Source: a bacterium
GTDB taxonomy: Bacteria; Sysuimicrobiota; Sysuimicrobiia; Sysuimicrobiales; Segetimicrobiaceae
Length of the DNA: 64,000 bases
Reading direction: 5' to 3'
Assembly (NCBI GenBank): GCA_035280345.1
Contig: DATEGA010000252.1
Location: 5,836 to 69,835 of the forward strand
The notes beneath the pieces were generated by a model. It did not search any database. It was not told where the DNA came from and worked only from the letters and a program-made list of their open reading frames with translations. The number at the start of each line of letters is the position of its first letter. The first letter of the stretch is position 1. The position numbers and the translations under genes are program-made. Positions 1-8,466 of this stretch are shown piece after piece.

Positions 1-258
1 TCGGTCCTCACTGCGCACGAGCTGGAGGTTCTCGCCGGTGTCGTGCAAGGCCTCAGCGACAAACGCATCGCTGCGAACCTGTTCGTATCAGAGGCAACGG
101 TGAAAACGCGTCTTCGCAGCATATACCAAAAGCTTGGGGTGCGTAACCGCGCGCACGCCGCGGTATATGCGGTCGAACGCGGGCTTGTGGCGTTCCCCTG
201 TCTTCTTGCCATCTTGGCCACACTGCTGGCGCAATTTCACATGCCCCCCTGGGCTTGA
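1..258 (+). CDS. LuxR/GerE-family HTH domain; C-terminal fragment of a regulator whose 5' end lies upstream of the window
   Basis: Frame-1 translation from nt 1 (SVLTAHELEVLAGVVQGLSDKRIAANLFVSEATVKTRLRSIYQKLGV) matches the LuxR-type helix-turn-helix signature. No start codon in the window. Confidence 0.6.
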   Translation, partial: SVLTAHELEVLAGVVQGLSDKRIAANLFVSEATVKTRLRSIYQKLGVRNRAHAAVYAVERGLVAFPCLLAILATLLAQFHMPPWA

Positions 259-354
259 ATGTCACCACTGTTCGGTTCTTCGTCCTCCCACCGATAGAGT
301 TATTCAATAGACGCAGCCGTCTTCGTCGAAGGAATGGACAGAGACTAACTGCTT

Positions 355-957
355 GTGCGTAGGAGATTGAGCCTCGCTCGCTCTACATCCCGTGCAGGTG
401 AGCGCCCCAGACACGGTGGGTCGCCGAGCACGTCACGTCTGAGTCGTGGCGGGGTTTGCACGATGGTGGATGGAAGCGGCGATCTGATAGCTGTGCCGGT
501 CCAGACCGATGACGTTGATTCTCCCGATGTGGCCGGCCTTCTCGCTGAAGGATCCGGTGTTGCCCAAGCGGCCGAAAGACGGCTTCTGCATCTCGTCCGA
601 GACGCGGCGTCAGGCAAGGTCCCAGCCGCTGAGCTCACGGTCGAATTGTCCGCGCTGGCCGGGGACCTGCAGGCGTCGTTCCGGAAGCTTGTGGACGCTC
701 AAGACCGGCGGGATCTCGGTTTTCGCACGATGGCGACGCTTGAGCAACTGACGGCACGCCACGTGTGGCTGTACAGGAAAATTCAACTCGAGGAGGCGTT
801 CTATACCAAGTTGGAACTGGAGACCCTGCTGCGGTCTCTGATTTCCGCGGACGGATACGAAGTCTATCAGAAGCTGCTGTCCGTGGAAGATATGGAACGC
901 GGCCTCCTCGCCCTCTCTGACGCGGACCTGAGGCGCGCACTCCTCGCCTCCTCGTAG
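355..957 (+). CDS. hypothetical protein (start uncertain; may begin at the internal Met near nt 463)
   Basis: 200-aa ORF in a GC-rich frame with no recognisable motif. Lies between the LuxR fragment and the NusG paralog. Confidence 0.3.
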   Translation: MRRRLSLARSTSRAGERPRHGGSPSTSRLSRGGVCTMVDGSGDLIAVPVQTDDVDSPDVAGLLAEGSGVAQAAERRLLHLVRDAASGKVPAAELTVELSALAGDLQASFRKLVDAQDRRDLGFRTMATLEQLTARHVWLYRKIQLEEAFYTKLELETLLRSLISADGYEVYQKLLSVEDMERGLLALSDADLRRALLASS

Positions 958-1163
958 CGCTGTCTGCCTGATTCTGGGCCGCCGCACCCCGCGGACCGTC
1001 AAATGTCGTTGCGAGCGCCGGTTGGCGGCCCTAGCCTCTTTCGGGCGATGCCTTTGATGCCCCCCTAATGTCCGTTGGAGGGAAGGTATATGGGTCCCGG
1101 AAAGAGGACTGACTGAGGGCAACGGGCGTTTCTCCGGTTCGAACGCCCTGCTACGGACGTTCT
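958..1163. promoter_or_regulatory. 5' leader/promoter region of the glycan locus with a perfect 7-bp stem hairpin (GGGCGTT 1124-1130 / AACGCCC 1142-1148)
   Basis: 206-bp non-coding gap immediately upstream of the NusG-paralog gene. The inverted repeat was read directly from the sequence. Confidence 0.3.
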
Positions 1164-1673
1164 ATGGACACGGCCTGGTATACGGTGCAATCAAAACCGC
1201 ATAACGAAACGCGGGTCGTGCGCCACTTGGCCGGCCGGGACGTTCCGACGTTCCTGCCGTTCCTTGAGGTCGTCCAGCGTCGCACCGGCACATGCCGCAC
1301 GTCTCTCGAACCTCTGTTCCCCGGATACCTGTTTGTCAGGCTTGGGCCGGTGGACCACCAGCCCGAGACATGGAGCACGGTCCGATGGAGTCCGGGTGTC
1401 CGCAGCATCCTCGGCGCCGCCGGACAGCCGGTGCCGGTCCCGGAAGACGCGATCGAAGCCATTCGGGATCGCATGGGCACTCTCGGCTTTGTCCGGCCGG
1501 GCAGGCGGTTTGAACCCGGCGATCGCGTGCGTTTTCGAACGGGTCCGATGGTTGGACTCGAAGCGATTCTGGACCGCCAGGCGTCCAAGGCCGGCAGGGT
1601 GCATGTGCTGTTGTCGCTACTGACGGGTGGAGTTCGGATCGAGACCGACGAACTAGATCTTGAGTCGGCTTGA
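1164..1673 (+). CDS. NusG/RfaH/UpxY/LoaP-family specialised transcription antiterminator (NGN + KOW domains)
   Basis: The N-terminus MDTAWYTVQSKPHNETRVVRHL...PLFPGYLFVRL is the NGN-domain signature (WY.V...G.E, FPGY.FV). The C-terminal FEPGDRVRFRTGPMVGLEAIL is a KOW motif. It sits at the head of a polysaccharide locus, as UpxY/RfaH-type paralogs do. Confidence 0.8.
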   Translation: MDTAWYTVQSKPHNETRVVRHLAGRDVPTFLPFLEVVQRRTGTCRTSLEPLFPGYLFVRLGPVDHQPETWSTVRWSPGVRSILGAAGQPVPVPEDAIEAIRDRMGTLGFVRPGRRFEPGDRVRFRTGPMVGLEAILDRQASKAGRVHVLLSLLTGGVRIETDELDLESA

Positions 1674-1718
1674 GCTGCCGAAAACGAAGAACACGCGTGT
1701 GGCGACGGACGCGCTTGG

Positions 1719-2966
1719 TTGGGATTCAGGCGCAGTCAACGGCGGAGCCACAGGCGAGCGGCGGCCACCGACAGCCGGATACAAGGGAGTGACAGATTGG
1801 TGAACAAAACACAGCGGCGCGCCGGCGCACGGTCGCTCAGGGTGGGCGTGGCACTGTCCCTGATCGCGCTGCTGGTCGTGGTTTTCGCGATCCCGGGCAG
1901 CGACGCTTCAGCGGCGCCGAAGGAGTACGTCCTTGGGCCTGGCGACGCCGTTGATGTCGTCGTCTATGGGCAGGCTGATCTTTCCGAGATCGTTACCGTG
2001 AAGCCGGACGGCATGATCGCGCTGCCATTGGTTGGACAGGTGAAGGCGGCCGGCCGGACGACGGCACAGTTAGAACAAGACCTCGTCGCGGCGTATCGCA
2101 AGTACCTAAAGGCACCGACCGTTTCTGTGAAGGTCAACCAGTTCCGAACGAATCGGATCTACGTCCTCGGGCAGGTCTTCCACCCTGGTCAATACGAGCT
2201 CAAACCGAGCGCCGGCATCCTGGAGCTGTTGGCGGCCGCCGGCGGTCCCACCACGCGGGCCGACTTGGCCAAAGCGGTGTTGATTCGCGACAAAACCGAT
2301 ACGACACAACTTGACCTGGTCACCGCGATCAAGCAGAGCAAAGACCCCGCGGTCGCGCTGGAACCCGAGGATGTTGTCTACATCCCGGAAACGGACGCGC
2401 GCATCATCGTCCTTGGACAGGTGAACAAACCCGGCGCGTACGACCTGCTGGAGGGGCAGCGCGTCACCGATCTGATCGCGGGTGCCGGGGGGCCCACCGC
2501 CAAGGCCGCGCTGGCGCAGGCCTTCGTCGTCCGCGGTGAGCAGCAGATCCCCGTAGACCTGAAGAAGGCGCTCGCGGGTGATCCCGGCGCCGATATCGTG
2601 CTGCAGCCGCGCGACATGATGGTGGTGCCCGAATCACGCGAGCGTATCGCCGTGCTGGGCGCCGTGAACAAGCCGGGCCCGCAGGACTTCAAGCCGGACA
2701 TGAAGCTGGTGGATGCCATTGCCCTTGCAGGCGGCCAAACCAACAACGCGGATCTCCGCAAGGTGCAGATCATTCGAATCGAGAACGGGCAGGGAAAGAC
2801 GATAAACGTCGACTTCAACAAAGTGCTCCGGGCTCAGGATCCGTCGCAAAACGTTCAGTTGCAGAATGGGGATATTGTCTACGTGTCGCAAAAGGGGTTC
2901 ACGTTGGCTCTGCTCGGCGGGATCGTGAACATTTACTACCTGCTGCGGACCGCGGCGGGGTTCTAG
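1719..2966 (+). CDS. Wza-like outer-membrane polysaccharide export protein (Poly_export + SLBB repeats); true start probably around 1790-1800
   Basis: Signal-like segment LSLIALLVVVFAIPGSDASA, then YVLGPGDAVDVVVYG...DGMIALPLVGQVKAAGRT (Poly_export motif). This is followed by three repeated units of the form VLGQVNKPG / VLGAVNKPG (SLBB-like). Confidence 0.75.
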   Translation: MGFRRSQRRSHRRAAATDSRIQGSDRLVNKTQRRAGARSLRVGVALSLIALLVVVFAIPGSDASAAPKEYVLGPGDAVDVVVYGQADLSEIVTVKPDGMIALPLVGQVKAAGRTTAQLEQDLVAAYRKYLKAPTVSVKVNQFRTNRIYVLGQVFHPGQYELKPSAGILELLAAAGGPTTRADLAKAVLIRDKTDTTQLDLVTAIKQSKDPAVALEPEDVVYIPETDARIIVLGQVNKPGAYDLLEGQRVTDLIAGAGGPTAKAALAQAFVVRGEQQIPVDLKKALAGDPGADIVLQPRDMMVVPESRERIAVLGAVNKPGPQDFKPDMKLVDAIALAGGQTNNADLRKVQIIRIENGQGKTINVDFNKVLRAQDPSQNVQLQNGDIVYVSQKGFTLALLGGIVNIYYLLRTAAGF

Positions 2967-2990
2967 CCATGGACGGAGGAGGGAGATAAC

Positions 2991-4607
2991 ATGGAAGGCC
3001 GGTCGGAGCTCCGTCAGTATTACGAGATTCTGCGACGGCACGTCACGATCATTGCGCTCGTCGTCGCGCTCGCAATCGGCGGTGTGGGTCTGCAGCTCGC
3101 CATCCAGGGGCGGCAGTATCAGGCGGACGTGAGCGTGCTCGTGACGCCTCAGGCCTTCAATGGGGGTCTCGACACGAACCCGAACTTCGCCGCATTTCAG
3201 ACGCAGTACCGCAATCTCGTGATGAACGATATTCTCTACCTCGCCAAGAGCAGCGAGGTGCTCAGGCGGGTGGGGCAGCGGGTTCCGCAAGTTAGTCCGG
3301 CTGCTCTGTACCGTGAGATCAAAGTCACGAACCTTCCCAACACCGACATCGTGGTCGTGAGCGCTCGGGATGGGGTGCGGGACCGCGCCGTCCTCATCGC
3401 CACGGCTACGACCCAGGAACTCGTAGCCTACTACGCGGAGTTGAACCAGGCCGCGGCGGCCGGCACGCGGCAGTTCATCGGGCAGCAGGTCGCCGTCACG
3501 AAGCAGAAGTTGGAAGCCGCGGAGGATAGTCTCCGGGCGTTCAAGACCCAGGCCAACATTGCGGGTCTCCCCGAGACGACCTCACGTATGATCCAGCGAT
3601 CCTTTGAGCTGCAGGCGATGTACAACGCCGCCATGTTAGACGTGCGGGCCGCACAGATGCGCGCCGGTTCCCTGCAGCAGCGGCTCCGATCGGAGAGCGG
3701 CGGTCAGCTTGCGTCGGTCGAGATCGGCACCAACCCCGTGGTCGCCCAGCTGCGCGACCGTCTTATGGCCGCGGAGGCCGACCTCGCGAGTTTGCGTCAA
3801 GTGTACACCGACCAGCATCCCAAAGTGCAGCAGGCGCTCGGTAACGTCGCCGACCTGCGGGCTCGGCTGCGCCAGGAAGCGGCCCAAGCCGCCAGCGATC
3901 GGTCGATCGGCGTGAGCCCGATTCGGGAACAGCTTGTAGCGCAGCTGCTGAACGCTCAAGTCGACGGGGAAGTGGCACAGGCGCGGGCGGAAGCCATCAC
4001 GCCCTTGCTGGGACAGCTTCAGTCGAGTATGAGCCAGCTGCCGACGAACGAATTGACGTTTGCACGGCTCCAGCGGGACGCAAAAGTGAACGAGGATCTG
4101 TATATGCGGCTGTCTGCGCTCTATCAGGACGCCAAGATTGCCGAGCAGAAGGCCGGCGTGTCCGGGCAGGCCGCGCTCGCCACCGTCGATCAGACTGACC
4201 CCAGCCCGGTGTCGTCGCAGTTCCCGCTCAAGGCGGGTCTCGGCGGATTGCTCGGACTGGTCATGGGCTGTGTGCTCGCGCTGCTGGTCGACAACTTGGA
4301 CAATCGCGTCCGGACGCCCGGCGACGCCGAGGGCACCTTCGGCGTTCCTGTCCTTGCGTCCGTTCCCACGATGAACCCTCAAAACCATCGTGCACTCATG
4401 GGTGAGTCAGGCGGTGTGGCGGGCACAGTGGGGATGATCTTGCCGATTGTCATGCCGTTCGTGCTGCCGTTCCTCTTCGTCATGCTTGGAGGGCTTGCCG
4501 TCGGGCTGCTGGTCAGTAAAGCCGGCCCGGTGGTCGGATCTGTCGCGGGACAGGCCGGGATCGCCGTCACCCAGATGCTGCACCACCTGACAGCACTTCT
4601 TGGTTGA
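2991..4607 (+). CDS. polysaccharide co-polymerase / chain-length determinant (Wzz/GumC/ExoP-like) with an unusual extra hydrophobic C-terminal tail
   Basis: RBS ggaggagggag upstream. N-terminal TM (IIALVVALAIGGVGL), a long periplasmic coiled-coil region, a second TM (LLGLVMGCVLALLV) and about 100 aa of extra G/V/L-rich hydrophobic tail. Confidence 0.7.
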   Translation: MEGRSELRQYYEILRRHVTIIALVVALAIGGVGLQLAIQGRQYQADVSVLVTPQAFNGGLDTNPNFAAFQTQYRNLVMNDILYLAKSSEVLRRVGQRVPQVSPAALYREIKVTNLPNTDIVVVSARDGVRDRAVLIATATTQELVAYYAELNQAAAAGTRQFIGQQVAVTKQKLEAAEDSLRAFKTQANIAGLPETTSRMIQRSFELQAMYNAAMLDVRAAQMRAGSLQQRLRSESGGQLASVEIGTNPVVAQLRDRLMAAEADLASLRQVYTDQHPKVQQALGNVADLRARLRQEAAQAASDRSIGVSPIREQLVAQLLNAQVDGEVAQARAEAITPLLGQLQSSMSQLPTNELTFARLQRDAKVNEDLYMRLSALYQDAKIAEQKAGVSGQAALATVDQTDPSPVSSQFPLKAGLGGLLGLVMGCVLALLVDNLDNRVRTPGDAEGTFGVPVLASVPTMNPQNHRALMGESGGVAGTVGMILPIVMPFVLPFLFVMLGGLAVGLLVSKAGPVVGSVAGQAGIAVTQMLHHLTALLG

Positions 4608-5328
4608 GATGTCGGCAGTGGAGCCAGTAGAGCCGCAGCATACGGACACCGCGGGGAGTCCCGGCACGCCACTCTTCACGGCGTACGGCGACAACTCGCC
4701 GTTTGCGGAGGCGTATCGGTCTCTTCGGGTAAGCCTCTTCAGCGGCAACGGCGCCTCGCCGCGGCTGCTTGGCATGACCGGAGCGGCGCCGCGGCACGGG
4801 AGCTCAACCACGGCCGCCAATTTCGGGCTGATTATGGGAGAAACCGGGACACAGGTCGTGCTCGTCGATGCGGATCTCTATAGGCCTTCGCTGCACCGGT
4901 TCTTCAATCTCCCAAACACTGTCGGCCTGTCTTCAGTCTTGGCGGGGGACGTACGTCTGTCCGATGCGCTGCAGCCTATTACACCGCCGTCGCGGCTGAA
5001 GCTTCTGGCAGGCGGCCCCGCAACGCAAAATCCAGCGGCGCTCATGCGGCCGGAGCGGATGAAGAGCATTTTCGATGAGCTGCGCAGCCAAGCCGAGCTT
5101 GTGGTGGTGGATCTTCCGTCAGTGAGCTCTGTAGCGTACACTTCGCAGTTGGCGACTATGCTCGATGGGATCGTTCTCGTGCTGCTGGCCGGCGCCGAAC
5201 CGTCGGACGTGGACCGATTGGTGCGCCGGCGCTTGAAAGGCTCACAACTGGTCGGGATCGTCCTGAATCGGGTTCCGCTGCGGGGGAGCGACGCAACACC
5301 GTACCGGCATTATGCTGATCTGAAATAA
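4600..5328 (+). CDS. BY-kinase (CpsD/CapB/Wzc C-terminal domain) homolog with a degenerate Walker A (likely pseudokinase)
   Basis: LLGMTGAAPRHGSSTTAANFG aligns to the canonical PGEGKSTT P-loop, but the Lys is Ser. Walker A' (VVLVDADLYRP) and Walker B (LVVVDLPSV) are present. The C-terminal Tyr cluster is poor (PYRHYADLK). Confidence 0.7.
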   Translation: MVEMSAVEPVEPQHTDTAGSPGTPLFTAYGDNSPFAEAYRSLRVSLFSGNGASPRLLGMTGAAPRHGSSTTAANFGLIMGETGTQVVLVDADLYRPSLHRFFNLPNTVGLSSVLAGDVRLSDALQPITPPSRLKLLAGGPATQNPAALMRPERMKSIFDELRSQAELVVVDLPSVSSVAYTSQLATMLDGIVLVLLAGAEPSDVDRLVRRRLKGSQLVGIVLNRVPLRGSDATPYRHYADLK

Positions 5329-5336
5329 GGGGAGCG

Positions 5337-5382
5337 AAAGGGGCTGCGCTGCCGTCGCGCGTTGAGCGAGCGCAGCCCCTTT
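5337..5382 (+). terminator. strong stem-loop (perfect 14-bp stem AAAGGGGCTGCGCT / AGCGCAGCCCCTTT, 18-nt loop); putative intrinsic terminator or attenuator with no U-tract
   Basis: Read directly from the sequence in the gap between the BY-kinase homolog and the GHMP kinase gene. Confidence 0.45.
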
Positions 5383-5431
5383 CGTCGAATCTGCAATCGT
5401 TCGCAGCTGAGGAGACGGAGAGGCTAGCGTC

Positions 5432-6499
5432 ATGCTGATTGTCCGTGCACCGGTGCGGATTAGCTTCGCGGGCGGCGGCACCGATTTGGAGAGTTACTAT
5501 CGGCCGTTTGGCGGACTGGTCGTCAGCGCCGCGATCGACAAGTATTTCTACGTCTTTGTGACCGTCAATAAAGGCGAAAGTATCCAGATCATGTCGTCCG
5601 ATTTCCGCACGTTTTACCGGCAGGATGCAGATCAGGAGATGTTGTGGGACGGTGACTTGGCGCTCCCTCGCGCCATCCTCAACTACTTCAACGTCCACGA
5701 GGGGCTCTCGATGTTCCTGGCGTCGCAGGTGCCGCCAGGCACCGGTCTCGGTTCTTCCAGCACCGTCGCGGTCGCCGTGATCAAGGCCCTCACGAGCCTG
5801 CAGGGTCTCGCGTTATCGAAGCAGGAGATCGCCGAGTTGGCCTGTTCGATCGAAATCGAGAAACTCGGCATGCCAATCGGCAAACAAGATCAGTATGCGG
5901 CGGCGTTTGGGGGCATCAACGGGATCGCCTTTGAACACGACGGTGTCTCGGTCCATCCTCTCAGGCTTTCGCCCGATGTCCTGGAGCGACTCGAGCGCAA
6001 TGTGCTCCTATTCTATACCGGCGTGGCCCGGGATGCCGCGAAGGTACTCACCGAACAAAATCAGGCAACGCTCAACCGTTCCGCCGGGGTGATCGAGTCC
6101 TTGCACGCGATCAAGGGAATGGCGATGGAGGTCGGTCAGTGCTTTGAGCGGGGGGACCTCCGAAAGCTCGGTGAACTGCTGCACACATCGTGGGAGTACA
6201 AGAAAAAGCTCTCGGCCGGGATCACCAATGCGTGGATCGACGAGTGCTACGAGACGGCGCGCTGTCACGGGGCAATCGGCGGCAAGATAACCGGGGCCGG
6301 AGGTGGCGGCTTCCTCATGCTCTACTGCGAAGAGCGAGGAGCGCCCGCGGTGACCGAGGCTCTGGGCCGGCTCGGCCTCAAGCGAATGGACTTCTCCGTG
6401 GACTTCGATGGCGCGAAGATCCTGGTGAACAACGGCATTCCGTTTCAAATGCTGGGGCAGGGAAGGCGCGCCGGCGAGGTCGCCGTTGTGAACGGGTGA
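5432..6499 (+). CDS. GHMP-family sugar kinase, HddA-like (D-glycero-D-manno-heptose 7-phosphate kinase-like)
   Basis: MLIVRAPVRISFAGGGTDL N-terminus and the PPGTGLGSSSTVAVAV GHMP ATP-binding motif. RBS ggagacggagagg upstream. Confidence 0.6.
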   Translation: MLIVRAPVRISFAGGGTDLESYYRPFGGLVVSAAIDKYFYVFVTVNKGESIQIMSSDFRTFYRQDADQEMLWDGDLALPRAILNYFNVHEGLSMFLASQVPPGTGLGSSSTVAVAVIKALTSLQGLALSKQEIAELACSIEIEKLGMPIGKQDQYAAAFGGINGIAFEHDGVSVHPLRLSPDVLERLERNVLLFYTGVARDAAKVLTEQNQATLNRSAGVIESLHAIKGMAMEVGQCFERGDLRKLGELLHTSWEYKKKLSAGITNAWIDECYETARCHGAIGGKITGAGGGGFLMLYCEERGAPAVTEALGRLGLKRMDFSVDFDGAKILVNNGIPFQMLGQGRRAGEVAVVNG

Positions 6500-7875
6500 T
6501 GCCCAGGGCCGATCGGCACGTCATGATCTTGGGGTTGATCGGGGTCGACGTGCTGGCGCTGACGATCGCCGGGGCTCTGACCTCAAAGCTTCTGCCGTTC
6601 GATATCCTGGCAGCGGGCCGGGGAGCGTCCCAGTTTCTGCTGGTGGCGGCGCTTCCGGTGGCCATCGGTTTGTTTGCAGCCAATCGCCTCTATGTCCTCG
6701 ACGAGCTTCTGGAGGGGCCCATCGAGTACGGGCGGATCGTCTATGCCTGTACGCTCACGACGTTCGGGCTGAGCGTAATCGGGTTCTGGTGGCGTGATGT
6801 GGATGCGCTCGCCCCGTCGCGCCGGCTCGTGACGGCTCTCTGGTTTCTCTCGATTCTGGCCGCGGTGACGGGGCGGTTCATCGTGCGCCGCGTCGTGCGG
6901 GCGCTGCGCCGCCGAGGGTTGCTGACGACGCGCACGCTGATCGTCGGCCTCGGCGCCCAGGGGTTGTCGTTGTGCCGGCACTTTCGCGAGCTCCGGCACG
7001 CGGGGGTTGAGGTCGTCGGGTTCATCGACGACTTCCTCCCGGCAGGGACGCCCGTGGTCGACGGACTCAAGGTACTTGGCCCTCCGAGCGCTCTGCCGGC
7101 GGTCTTGCGTGAGACCGGCGCCGGCGACGTGATCGTGGTGCCGACGGCTATGGCCTGGGAGAGTTTCCACGACCTCATTCGTGATACCGCCACGTTGAAT
7201 GGGCACACCGTGCGCCTCACGCCGGGATTCCGCGATATCCTGGCCGCGAACATAAAAGTGCATCATTTCGGATCGATGCCGTTGCTGACGATCGAGCGGG
7301 CGCGTATTACAGGGCTCGAGGCCGTCCTGAAACGGCTCGTGGACTACACGCTTGCCGCCGTGCTGCTGCTATTCAGCCTGCCGATCCTTGCTACCGTGGC
7401 GATAGTGCTTCGCGCCAAGGGAGTGCGGGTATTTTCTCGCGTCGCCACGATTGGACGTGGCGGGCGAACCTTTCAGGCCGTGGTGTTCAACGCATCGGAC
7501 CCCGACAATGGCTTCCAGCGCGCAGCGGTGCGGCTCGGGCTCGACAAGGTCGTACAGCTCTGGAACGTGCTGTGCGGCCGGATGAGCATCGTCGGTCCTC
7601 GCCCCGTCCCTGTTCATCGGCGCCGTGAATATGAGCGCTGGGTGCCGAACCTGTTGACCGTCAAGCCGGGTGTCACCGGACCGTGGGCGCTGACCGGCGT
7701 CCGTCTCCCTTTGGACGACGAGATGCAGGCGACCCTGTTCTACATCCGCAACTACACCATTTGGCTGGATCTCGAAATTGTCGTTCGATCTATCCTCCGG
7801 GTGCTCCGCGGTCGCGCGGTCCCCGACCACACGAGTGAGCCGGTCCGCCGTGACGCCGTCACAGTACATCAGTAG
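6499..7875 (+). CDS. undecaprenyl-phosphate sugar phosphotransferase, WbaP/WcaJ-like (large polytopic priming PGT with CoA-binding-like domain)
   Basis: TGATG overlap with the upstream gene. N-terminal TM helices, a Rossmann-like LIVGLGAQG segment, and a C-terminal bacterial sugar-transferase motif IVGPRPVPVHRRREYERWVPNLLTVKPGVTGPWAL. Confidence 0.75.
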   Translation: MPRADRHVMILGLIGVDVLALTIAGALTSKLLPFDILAAGRGASQFLLVAALPVAIGLFAANRLYVLDELLEGPIEYGRIVYACTLTTFGLSVIGFWWRDVDALAPSRRLVTALWFLSILAAVTGRFIVRRVVRALRRRGLLTTRTLIVGLGAQGLSLCRHFRELRHAGVEVVGFIDDFLPAGTPVVDGLKVLGPPSALPAVLRETGAGDVIVVPTAMAWESFHDLIRDTATLNGHTVRLTPGFRDILAANIKVHHFGSMPLLTIERARITGLEAVLKRLVDYTLAAVLLLFSLPILATVAIVLRAKGVRVFSRVATIGRGGRTFQAVVFNASDPDNGFQRAAVRLGLDKVVQLWNVLCGRMSIVGPRPVPVHRRREYERWVPNLLTVKPGVTGPWALTGVRLPLDDEMQATLFYIRNYTIWLDLEIVVRSILRVLRGRAVPDHTSEPVRRDAVTVHQ

Positions 7876-8464
7876 CCTGCGCGAGGCGCTCGCCAAGGTG
7901 TCGGTTTCGGACCTTCGCGAGATCGAAGACGTGCTCTTCGACGCGTGGCGCCACGGGCGCACGATCTTCATCGCCGGGAACGGTGGCAGCTCGTCAACCG
8001 CCTCGCATTGGACCAACGACCTCAACAAGGGAGCGATTACCGCGGGGGGACGTCGATTTCGCGCGATGGCGCTCACCGACAACGTGCCGCTGATTACCGC
8101 GTGGGGCAATGACACCGCGTACGAGCGGATCTTCGTCGAGCAAATGACGAACTTCATCCAGCCTCACGATGTGTTCGTCGCCATCAGCGGCAGCGGAAAC
8201 TCGCCCAATATCCTTGCGGCCGTGCAATGCGCGCGGAGCGCGGGCGCCGTCACGGTCGGCCTGACCGGCCGCGACGGTGGCCAACTGCGGGTCCTCGCCG
8301 ACCACGCAGTGGTGGTCCCGGCACACTACATGGAGATCATCGAAGACGTCCATTTGGCGCTCTCGCACCTGCTCTGCACGGCGCTGCGGGCGAGGATTGC
8401 CGCACCGATGCCCGCGGGCGAGGCGATCCCCGTCACGCAAACGATGTCCCGACCGGAGGCGTGA
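7835..8464 (+). CDS. SIS-domain phosphoheptose isomerase, GmhA-like (GTG start at 7835 or 7850)
   Basis: TIFIAGNGGSSSTASHWTNDL ... VFVAISGSGNSPNIL ... VGLTGRDGG match the GmhA SIS motifs. Confidence 0.65.
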   Translation: MSRSAVTPSQYISSLREALAKVSVSDLREIEDVLFDAWRHGRTIFIAGNGGSSSTASHWTNDLNKGAITAGGRRFRAMALTDNVPLITAWGNDTAYERIFVEQMTNFIQPHDVFVAISGSGNSPNILAAVQCARSAGAVTVGLTGRDGGQLRVLADHAVVVPAHYMEIIEDVHLALSHLLCTALRARIAAPMPAGEAIPVTQTMSRPEA

Positions 8465-8466
8465 TC

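Noticed and set aside
2634-4388. Long antisense ORFs (e.g. 2634-3290 -, 3636-4388 -; similarly 8326-9429 -, 29432-30328 -, 38524-39597 -, 41026-42141 -, 60862-63309 -)
   Set aside because: They lie opposite well-supported genes (Wza, PCP, CmoA-like, Gfo/Idh/MocA, GT4, deacetylase, alaS). Their translations are Arg/Pro/Gly-rich low-complexity sequence typical of out-of-frame high-GC DNA.
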